Source of the DNA: Trichosphaerium sp. ATCC 40318
Lineage: Eukaryota; Protista; Tubulinea
Assembly (NCBI GenBank): GCA_038496445.1
Contig: JALMLS010000322.1
Coordinates: 186,001 to 250,000, forward strand
Direction of reading: 5' to 3'
DNA: 64,000 nucleotides
Numbering within the stretch: the stretch's first letter is position 1; each line of letters starts with the position of its first letter. Below, one piece after another: positions 54,190 to 64,000 of this stretch. The notes under the pieces were generated by a model. The model worked only from the letters and a program-made list of their open reading frames with translations. It was not told the DNA's origin and did not search any database. The position numbers and the translations under genes were made by a program.

Positions 54190-56718
54190 CGTACAGAGTA
54201 TTCTATTAGGTCATCATCTATGAGTGCAGCTTCGCCAGCAACGGCCAAACTTCTACCGTTATCTGCCGTTCTTGTGCCTTGTCCTATACCTCCACCAGCG
54301 ATAAAATCATCCGAATTCGTCTGTGCAGTATCCGCTACATTTTTATGTAAGATAAAATTGGAGGCTTTGCTAATGGCGTCTAAACGCCAAAAGAAATAGT
54401 TTTGAGTTGTTTTGACGCTGATACATTTATACAAGGCGACCAAAAAAAAAAACCGTAACGAAGCACGTCAGTTGTGGAAATTTACTGTTTGGAGCTTTAA
54501 AAAATGATGTCTAGATGCTATACAGCACTTTGCTAATTTTTTTTTTCGCGACGGTTTTTATTCTACCCATTAGTTATCTTTCGCAAAACGTACTCTGTGG
54601 TGACACTGGTACTGTCATCTCCCAACTGGGTAGCGTAGGAACGGACTTTACTCGTCTTATTAAAGCTGGCGGTAAAACTACTCTAGTCGCTTGTTTTCGC
54701 TTTACTGTATTCCATGGCTCCACTCTATCATAAATTAGAAGTGATAGCCAATATTAACCTTTTTTGTAAAAAGTGTACCGGCTAGACCCTTTGCTTGCAT
54801 ATTTTTTGCTTGGTGGCGTCCATAAAAGCGAAGGATGTTGTTTCTTATTAATATTCTGCTCTATTTGTTCTGGTGCCGTTCCAGCAGTATAAGTCATAAG
54901 CATTTCGCACTAGTACGCGTATTTAGATACGGTAGGGTAGAAATACCCAAGTTTTACCTCGTTTGCACCAACACTGGCGCTCTGCGTCAAACTCTCAAAC
55001 CCTTTGTACTTTGCATGGTGTGGGGTGGTACCAAATGAATTGGCAATTGCAGTGTACATTGCTTGGTAACTAACGTCTATTTAAATTGTGACACGCAACA
55101 ATACTTCAGAAAACTCGTATGTACGTAACAAACCACGATTGCGGTAGTCAGTTTTAGATTAAAATGCAATTATTACTTATTTTGGTAAGTAACTTGAAAG
55201 GTTTTTTTCTTTACTTCACTTCTTGTCACCAGCTTCAGTAATGACATATCTAAAGGTATAACACCGCATGTACGACATAGTAGTCACGAGAAACGTGTTA
55301 GGACAATATTTTAGTACATTCCAAAACAGCGTACTTCGCTTCATTGTAGTTTGTGTCAGTTGGTTCGTAAGGACAGTTTTGTCCTGAAGGCCACTAGTGG
55401 TTACCGTGTCATGGTTGACGCTATCTGTTAGCGAAATTGCATATCTTGCTATCCTGCTGCCACTTAACTTGTAGCCTTCTGTTGTTGTTCAACTACCAAT
55501 CTGCAGCATGTTATTTTTCTAGCCAATCATCAAAGCACAAAAAGAAAGAACAATCATACACAACTTCGCAGGTAAGGAGGACGTAATGCCTCCAAGGGAT
55601 TCGATAATTTGATTCGTGCAACGACATTAACATGTTGATACGAATTAACGTTCAATCTCCTTTGCCATTTAGTATCAATAATAACTATCAGTTTCTTCTT
55701 ACCTTTCCTACTTCACATCCTGAGTCTCATCAATACATCAATGGATGGGTGAAATAGCACACTATTTTACAGCTGTTTGTCGAACAGACTGAATGCATTC
55801 AATAATTATCTCCCGCAACAAATCGTCGTACAAAAAGCAGTCTCATCATTGAACGACAAACAAAGCTTGGCTTTCTCAGCCTACAGCATTGATAAAATAG
55901 CGTATAGATAAGGTACTTAAGCAAATCATCCAACCTTTAGGCTTTGACCGCGGAATACCTATTGACAACATACCAAAACGCTCGTAAATAGTTACCGAAG
56001 TACCTATGGCTAATATTGAATGAAGAAAAAAGGTTTCACACTCCCACACGAAACGTACAAAAAACGAAATGAAAGAATGGTCTCGCGCTTGTGGCCTTAT
56101 TAGAGTAAATTTACCGGTGTAGCTCGCTACAAAAATCAAACCGTCACGCACGTGGTCGAAACTCAAAAATTCTGACAAAGGAAAAAAAAACCGTAAAAAA
56201 CTGAGGTACGTTTTTTATTTTGATTGGTGTGTGAGTGGTCGTTGTTTAGTGCGATTTATCAGTCACTTGTGGTACGGTACAACCGTAAATTGCTGAAAAG
56301 ATACGTAGAAATAGCCAGGTTGAGATGGGTTTAAACAGAAACTTTTCTTTCCACGCCTGGACTTTTTCATTTGCGGAGCAGGCCTGAATGAAATTATATC
56401 GGCGTTAGGCACGTATCTCGCTTTGTAGTATTCATTATCAAGCTTTGAGCGTACAGTTGTTGTAATGGCAACCCGTGGTACGGGATACATATGGCCTAAA
56501 CGAAAGTTACGTTCTAGATAGTGAGTCGGTTTTTTTTCTTTTTTTGTTAACGTACTATTGGCAGGTCTTATAGGAGCAAGGACATTTTTGCGATATAAGC
56601 CAGACTCGTTAGTCCACCCAGTTACCCTTCCAGAAAAACGAAACGGTGGTTCGTTACTTTGCTGCTGTGGTGTAGACACAGATAAGAGAGACATGTTTTT
56701 TTTGGTTCGGTTGGACAT
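54190..56718 (-). CDS. Multi-exon hypothetical coding region, possibly the 5' part of the RasGEF gene
   Basis: Series of open exons with GT-AG boundaries starting at MSNRTKKNM. No clear stop or promoter separates it from RasGEF. Confidence 0.4.
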
Positions 56719-57054
56719 TTCTGGCACTCTTTGTTTGTGTTTCGGATTCTGTGTCCTAGGTTTTTGATAGCCAAATAGCAGCTAACTAAGCGAAGAAGCA
56801 ATAAAAGAGCCAAAGTTAGCAGGTAAGTAGTTGTAGGTTCAATAGAACATGTCAATGAAGCATTGACAAAAGGTATTTATTATGCCAAGGTTAGTGAGTT
56901 AAATTACTTAACCCCTTTTTTTTTGGTGCAACTTAAACGAACAAACTTCTACTTCTACGGCCACACACCCTCCTATTATAATGTCAACTCTTATCAAATC
57001 GATCACAACCTTTGCGCAACGTACATACAGACGCTTTGCGAGAAAACAACAAGT

Positions 57055-57211
57055 ATGACAAATCCAGAGGAGCGTATTCACCAAGTACTCTCAGACGATG
57101 GTCTTGAGGCTGGTATCATCTATTTGCTACACCTTTGTGATGAAATGAAATGCTGATAACCAACGACCTAAAGAACCCAAAAACACCAAACCTCAATGCC
57201 TCATCCATTAA
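57055..57211 (+). CDS. Predicted two-exon 31-aa micropeptide ending in CaaX-like CLIH
   Basis: Exon 57055-57112, intron 57113-57173 (GT...GCTGAT...AAG), exon 57174-57211, giving MTNPEERIHQVLSDDGLEAEPKNTKPQCLIH*. Confidence 0.5.
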
Positions 57212-58185
57212 CAATGGCAACGGCAAACAAATGTAACATTAGTAAAAAGTGTAAAAACAGATAAAATTGTAACAAAAGTAAAAAACCGTATTCTCTCAAT
57301 ATTCTTTCGTTTGTTTTGTTGGTTTTTTCCATAACCGGTTACACAAGAATCTGATAAAAGATGCCAAGTGTTTTCAGATTCAAAGTGTATTTCCCAACCA
57401 AGAATAGCGCATTTACAAAGTGTAGCTCTTTTTTGTTTTCTTTTCTTTGCAAGAATTTGCAGTGTTACTTCTTGTCGAAAGTAAATGGCTTTTTAGGTAG
57501 CAGGGGGTACATGTTAAGAATATGGTGAGAAGTACGATTGTCGATTACAGACAAAACAGCTATTTTTATTTTATTTGTCGGGTAATTGACTATTTCTCCG
57601 TATTTGGTTTAATTACTTTTTTTGTCGCGCCTTTTTGGAAAGCCACATCGCTTGGGACTGATGAAAAACACGACATCCATAGAGTTCCGGATGAAATTAG
57701 ATTTATCATAAAAACCGTTCTGGTTGTCAACCATCACCTTCCTAATTTGTTAATTTGGTAATATTTAAATATACGAGATGGCGATTTTCTTATTCGCATT
57801 CTGACGCTTGTTTCAAACACGGTATATTCTTTTGTTGCTCGTAGTACGTATGAAACTTAGTTTTCTTAAATTATGTTGATTCGGCTTCCGCGCAGTTATC
57901 TCACACCAGACAACCTTGATGTGTTACCGCTACAACGCCACACAAACAACGCAATAAAGTTAAGCGTTGAGCTAAGTTAATGTTTAAACGAGTAACAACA
58001 TTCTACACAAACAACAGAGATGCTTGAACACTTGACTAGATACACGCTAGACCACTCTAAAAGGTGTCTGATTATTATTAGGTAGAAATACGCATGAAAC
58101 GCATGCTACGCAGTTTGGAGATACTTGACGCGTATTTTAGTGACAATTATTAACCCTAAACCTGCGATACAACACTTCTTCAAAT

Positions 58186-58797
58186 ATGCTTTCTTTCATC
58201 TCCAAAACTGTACGTAGCCTCTGTAACAAAAAACGACGTGCTCCAAAGCACATGTCTGCTCAAAGCCTTGGCAACGACCTCTGCTCCATCGCAACGATAT
58301 TGAGCCGTACGGTCTGTTGCCTAGACTTCAAGCACAGCACTGGCTACGTACACGCGAACATAACCCCTGAGACTGTTGTTCTGATGTCTAGTGGCAATTC
58401 ATACTTAAAAGGCCCGATGTACATGCTATCAAACAACCTACAGGCGGACAACAACGGGTACGAGTTTCCTGATTACGGTCACTCGAAAACAACCGACATC
58501 TACCAAATCGGCTACTTGGCTGCAGAGCTTTTCTTGGGTAGCAAAGGCGACGATTGGATCGACGCGACAGGCGAATCTGATCTTATTTTCTTTTTGGCCA
58601 ACTATACGAACGCAAGGCGTCAGATATCACGCCTCAAGGAAGCCAAAGCTCCAGACAGCCTTGTTCGATTCGTTTCCCTTTGCTTTGAAGAGAATACGAC
58701 AACAGATGATCTGAGAGAAGCAACGTTTCTACACTACAGAGTAAACACGCGACGCGAATTTCGCAAGTGCATTATCAAGAAGCACAAAAACTTGTAA
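58186..58797 (+). CDS. Intronless pseudokinase (C-lobe only)
   Basis: HSTGYVHANITPETVVL (degenerate catalytic loop) and TTDIYQIGYLAAEL (subdomain IX). No Gly loop, VAIK or DFG. Confidence 0.6.
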   Translation: MLSFISKTVRSLCNKKRRAPKHMSAQSLGNDLCSIATILSRTVCCLDFKHSTGYVHANITPETVVLMSSGNSYLKGPMYMLSNNLQADNNGYEFPDYGHSKTTDIYQIGYLAAELFLGSKGDDWIDATGESDLIFFLANYTNARRQISRLKEAKAPDSLVRFVSLCFEENTTTDDLREATFLHYRVNTRREFRKCIIKKHKNL

Positions 58798-58886
58798 AGA
58801 AACACTTCGATATCGAAAACAAAATAAATGTAATTGTAGCACCTTTGTTCTTTGTTGTTTTATTTCCCCTTCTTGACAATTCAACA

Positions 58887-59481
58887 TTAGTCAAATGTTA
58901 CTTCTGACAACAAAATACCATCCTCATGCCATCTCTTATGTATATGTTTTAACTCCCCTCTTACGTAGTAACCATGTTCTCTTATCTTACCATTATAATG
59001 CCAATTTCTATACTCTCCATGAAGTACATTATTGATATAAAAGCAAACTTCATCCAAGTTACCATTATAAAACCAGGTCGTATATTCTCCATCCTTAACG
59101 CCTTTTACATACTTACATTGCTGGGATAACTGACCGTTTCTATGCCAAGCCACATACTCACCATGTCTTATACCATGTACCCAATTGGCAACACATAAAA
59201 GCTGTGACTTAGAGTAAAAACGAGAAAACTCTCTTTTAATCCATTTTCCATTTTTTTTAAAGTCAAAATCAAACCTTGTTGTCGTTGCTGTAAGTTTAGA
59301 TAAACATGGCCATTTCACGTATATCTCATCATCTGATTCAAATATATCAAGCTGTATCTCTACTGGAAGGCTTAATAAAAGACATTCATCCGTATTTGGT
59401 GGTACTACCTGTTATCGCCGATTAGGTAATAATAAGTGAGTGAAAGAATTGTTAGGTAGGTACCGCCTGTACTACTGCCAT
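58887..59481 (-). CDS. F-box-like plus MORN-variant (YwqK-like) repeat protein, one intron
   Basis: MAVVQA|VVPPNTDECLLLSLPVEIQLDIF; repeats HGEYVAWHRNGQL, DGEYTTWFYNGNL, HGEYRNWHYNGKI, WHEDG. Confidence 0.8.
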
Positions 59482-59831
59482 TTGCTAGTGTTTTGTGGTT
59501 AGATAACGGTCGCTAGTAAGGATTTTTCTTCGCCGTCTCGGTAGCTTGCTATGGAATGATATAGACGTGTTAAACCGAACCTACACAAAAATCTGATAGT
59601 GGGCTGAACGAAATGAGTTGACCAAAATGGAAATTGACAAAAAAAAACGTGATTTTGCTTTCACAGCTAGAATTGATTTGCAGGGACACACGTTTCAGAT
59701 ATGATATAATTTAACTACGCATAAGTTAAAACCACCAAAAAGGAATAAATTACCGGTCAACTCTAAAGAGGATAAAACTTTGCCAATGTCTAAATAAAGT
59801 CTTTGTTTTTTCGGTTTTTTGTTTATTGTTA

Positions 59832-62800
59832 TCAATTTCCTTCTTCTTGCTTTTTAGGCTTGAATGGGCCAGCAGCAACCAATAAATTCTTTCTTGTAAA
59901 CTTAACACGGAACAAAGGTGTATCCTTTGTAAGAAAAGATTTAACACATTCAACTTCCTTGACGTTCAAAGTCTCCTTCTTTGTAGATCCTTCTGTTTTT
60001 ATAGTAGTTTTACTAGCATCAGTTGTATTAGTCTCTGACTCATGCTTCCCTGTTAATGCCGCTATATCCCATAGCTTTACAGTCTTATCCTCAGATCCAC
60101 TAGCTAGAATAGCTCCCTTTGGATACGAGAAGCTAAGAGACCAAACAGCTGCTGTGTGACCCTAAACACAAAGTTTAATAGGTGAATAAGCTGTACAGGC
60201 AGAATCTTGATCTATATTACCTTTAGTATACCAACAAGCTTGTTTGTTACAAGATCATGTATCAATATCTTTTTATCTTCTCCTCCTGAGGCAATATATC
60301 TTGAAAAAAACATTAACACAAAACAATATATCAATAAATAACAGTTTCAGTTTTTTGTTCTCTTGTGTGAGAAGTATTCTTTTTTCGTTTGGTTAAATAA
60401 TATTATCGTTAACGTACCGTCCAGATGGGCACACAGCAATGGTACTAATTGGTTCTGTATGTCCAGTAAATATGCGGCGACACTCACCTGTTAAATAGCA
60501 CTTTAATAACATACAAGAAAAAAAAACAACAAAAAAGATTCATACCAGAGTGAATATCCCACATTCTCACAGCTTTATCGTGAGATCCAGTGAAAATATA
60601 ATTACAATTCGGATGAAATTCAACACACTAAAACCAACTAATAAGCAAAAAAAAACTGACAACCACACAAGCGCTCTTTTTGAGGCAAAATTAACGCACG
60701 TTTATATCCGATAAATGTCCAATAAAGACGCGATGTGGACTCAAATGGTCTGTTGACCAAAACCTTGCTGTTGTGTCTGTGCTTGCTGTAGCAAAGTAAA
60801 GGCCCATAGGAGAGAATCTAACACACCAGACCGGGCTATTATGTCCTCTAAAGGAAAAAAAGAGTAAGCAAGCTTCAACCAAACTTTCTTCAAGGATACT
60901 CATACCTGTATACAACGAGGTTTGTCTGTGTCTCCATAGACCATAATCGTACAGTAGCATCACAAGAGCTGGATAAAAGGTACTACAACCAAGAAATAAG
61001 CCAATCACAACAGATAAACCAACCGAAAAGAAAATAGCAAGTTAACAAACCTGATTATCAACACTGAAGTCTAATGAGAATACAGCACCATAATGTGCTA
61101 CAAGTCTTGCGTATTTCGCGTCACTAGTACGTCTATATTCAATTGCACGACCTATAAGGTTTTAAAAAGGCGTAGGTAGAAGGTAAAAAGTATACCATCA
61201 CTTTGTCCGTTTTTAAACCTTGTTGCTTGTACTTCCCATGCAGATTGACCCTTTTGTAGATCCCATATACGAATGGAAGAGTCTTCAAAACCACCAGCTA
61301 CTAGACTACAATCATCTGAAATTGCAACACAATTTAACCTAACCATAAACAGGTTAGAAAACCAACAATAACAAAAATAAACCAGTAGGTTCGTACCCGT
61401 CATAAGTGTTAAAAAACGTGTAACAAGCTATAGATGGCAACTGCTTAGAACTCAATGCAACGCGATCCAATTCTTCTTTAACACGTAATTGATTTAATTT
61501 AGCAATCCTAAGCATGAAACTGTCAAATAAAAAATGGGGTTGCAAGAAATACTATAATGTGGGTAAAAGAAAAAACACTAAAACGACTCAATTAACAGAT
61601 GCCGCCTTTAGTTACCGCGTAGAAGTATTTACCAAGCATAATGACAGGTGTATAGAATATTAACTCGCAAACATGATAGAAAATATGGTTTCAACAAAGC
61701 TTGCATGTTGCGATAGAGTTTTTTTTCAAAGAGGTACTTACGAAGGTATTGGCACTTTTGGTTTCACTTGGGCAGCCTCCATTTCTTCACGTTTTCGCTT
61801 ACGCGCATTTTTCTCCTAAAGAGACATGTTTGTAAGCACTCCAGGTAAATATCATTAAAATGGGCTTAGGTACCTTTTCGTTTTCACCATCAACTTCCAT
61901 TGCATCAGTTTTTGGTTTTTTTGGTAATTGTTCAGGGTATAATCCCCAGTAAATATCTTTTTGGTGCATAGCAATACGTTCATTTTCATCTCTGACACTA
62001 GGGAATTCTACGATAGGTAAAGCTTGCGGATTACCCGAAAACACTACAAAAGAATGTAAGATTAATCAAAAATAAAAAGTCCAAAAGGTGTTCGCTCTGA
62101 GAGACACGAAATATTGGAGTAAGTGATTTTTGACTTTTTTGTATTCACTACAACGTGCCTTGTATATTTATGTATCTATTTATAATACCAAGAAGTAACA
62201 TGAATGAATTTTCATGCAAGAATGTCATTAACAACTCAAATGAGAAACTACACATTGTGACACGAAATTTACTTCCACGAAGAACCTTTACTTTGTGGTC
62301 ATCCTAAAAACAAAAATTTAAAATATGCAACAAAACATAAGATTCCTGAGGCGTCAAAAATTATTCAAAACCCACCACAACGCCAAGAAATGGCAAAAAA
62401 AAGTGTTGAAAAAGTTTTTCTTTTTTTTTTTTTTCTGCTGTTAAGAAATGACATATTACCTGCATTAATTCTCTAGTTGTAATCACTGCAAGCTCTTTTA
62501 ATTCTTTATCATGCATTTCAGCGTGCTCAGCGCTAAATTCTTCCATAAATTTCCGTGCTAAAAAAGAGTTTAGTAACAAACGGTGGAATAACCTCCATTC
62601 GCGCCGCAAGCGTATTTACGAGCGTCAAGATGGTTTAATAATTGTTTACGTGCCTGCATCATGGTGATGTTTATAAACAAGCTCCAAATAGCAATGAACA
62701 AATACAGGGTATAGTATTGACATTAGTTCGGGCTAAATTGAGTTAATGTGATTAGTTTGAAGCCAAATTCATTATTCGCGCCTTGTACATATCTAGAGAT

Positions 62801-63198
62801 TGTCTACACCAATCCTCTAATGTACTATAGCTGTCTTGATACCTAGATTGATCGTTTTAGATAAATATTTGAATTTTTAATGTAATTTATCTGTTGAAGC
62901 CTACCTTCCGACATGTTCTTCGTCTTTGCTCCAGAACATGATAATATTTTGCATTTGCGTGCTATTTTCTAATGAGAGCTTTGTGGCCATGTCGCGTAAG
63001 GACAGGTTCTAAAGACCATAGCGTGAGCGTCTTTCGGTGTAGAGCGGCAAAATTGCTGTTATTAATTAATAGCCTTTCTTGTACCTGCGTAGGAGGCGCC
63101 TCCTCTTTGAATTGTTTCAACGCCTTGTTGTAGCCCCGTTTTTCGAGATACTTCAACACTAACGCGTCCAAACGCGCTTGCGTTTGTTCGTCCTCCAT
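59832..63198 (-). CDS. TAF5: TFIID subunit TAF5 (LisH, NTD2, WD40)
   Basis: [122 protein letters not shown]. Confidence 0.95.
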
Positions 63199-63320
63199 AG
63201 TTGAGCTGTGAAATGTAAACTAACTTCAACACTAGCTTTTAAGAGTTGTAAACTGAAACCAACTGAAAACGACCAACTTTGACAAAAAAAAACAAAAAAA
63301 TAATACGCAGCTTCATCTCA

Positions 63321-64000
63321 ATGGCAAATAGGCGTGGTCGCATAAAAATAGCTAAGCAAACACTCTCAGTGCGTTAACCGATACATGTAATTACTAAAGT
63401 CAAAAAAGGCGTGTACAAAATACCAATACGCACTTGAGAACGGTACAATAGTAAAACTAGACAAAAAAACAATAAACGAGTACGTTAAAAATGGTACACT
63501 CTTTAACGCTATTCAAAATAGACTAAAAACACTTTTTAGGCGTAGTGTACAATATGGTAGATCCATTACAACAGTCGTTGAACATTTTTACTGATCCAGT
63601 AGAAGTTAAAGTTATTTCACAAGATTGTATTAATGCGGCACTCGAACTGAAAGCACAAGGATATAATCCACTCGTTCTGAATATGGCATGTCCTAACACC
63701 CCTGGTGGAGGTTAGTTTTCTCCCTAATTAAGGATTAAAACCCACGTGACATTATACAAGGATTTTTGGAAGGGGATGAAGGTCAGGTGAGGCTATTTGT
63801 TAGAAGTGGATGTTGTGTACCATGTCTGACATAAACAAGGAAGAGAGCATTTTTTTAAGGACGAATTATAATCAGCACGTTGGCATAGGCAACGACGCGG
63901 ACATTTTCTATCCCGTGCCAGAGGTAAACTCTCTTTGCGTTTACAAACTGTTAAACCAATAGTTCCGCTTATTTTCTTAGATTGGTGGTATTTACAGTCC
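63321..64000 (+). CDS. Bacterial-type PARG (TIGR02452/DUF2263 family), 5' part only
   Basis: DCINAALEL...NPLVLNMACPNTPGGGFLEGDEGQEESIFLRT...YPVPEIGGIYS, carrying the GGG-X6-QEE signature. Confidence 0.85.

Noticed and set aside
44050-59930. U12-type donor-like words (ATATCCTTT near 44053, GTATCCTTT near 59920)
   Set aside because: One lies inside an open exon and the other is antisense to TAF5. No U12 intron is needed to build either gene.
1-64000. Non-standard genetic code, suggested by the fragmented ORF track
   Set aside because: Fragmentation is explained by short introns. Conserved genes end properly at TAA or TGA, and long exons have no in-frame stops.

Overview
AT-rich (roughly 35% GC by eye), gene-dense eukaryotic nuclear DNA. 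Most introns are short (45-150 nt) spliceosomal introns with donors such as GTACGT/GTAAGT and CTRAY branch points, and the standard genetic code fits. Gene content (GGGGVGKS-type Ras, RasGEF, several F-box genes, fungal-type sulfite reductase) suggests a free-living protist, probably amoebozoan; that assignment is inference. About 24 protein genes were reconstructed by hand-splicing, including an ANK-PH-STE20 kinase, a tail-anchored calponin-homology protein, malonyl-CoA decarboxylase, Ras, a TBC RabGAP, a DUF7477-like repeat protein, MET10-type sulfite reductase, a PPR-like protein, F-box/LRR, CCR4/Angel nuclease, a bacterial-type flavoprotein, RasGEF, F-box/MORN, TAF5 and a bacterial-type PARG. 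Most notable observations: (1) the palindrome CACGTG occurs at least 45 times against about 6 expected, in exons, introns and intergenic DNA, and overlaps several GC-AG splice donors; (2) an intronic tRNA(CAU) mixes initiator and non-initiator features and has G37; (3) a 674-bp TIR element with an 8-bp TSD truncates an LRR gene; (4) a spliced 31-aa CaaX-ending micropeptide; (5) a structured intergenic island with a telomere-template-like motif. Gene boundaries come from manual reading and need RNA-seq confirmation.
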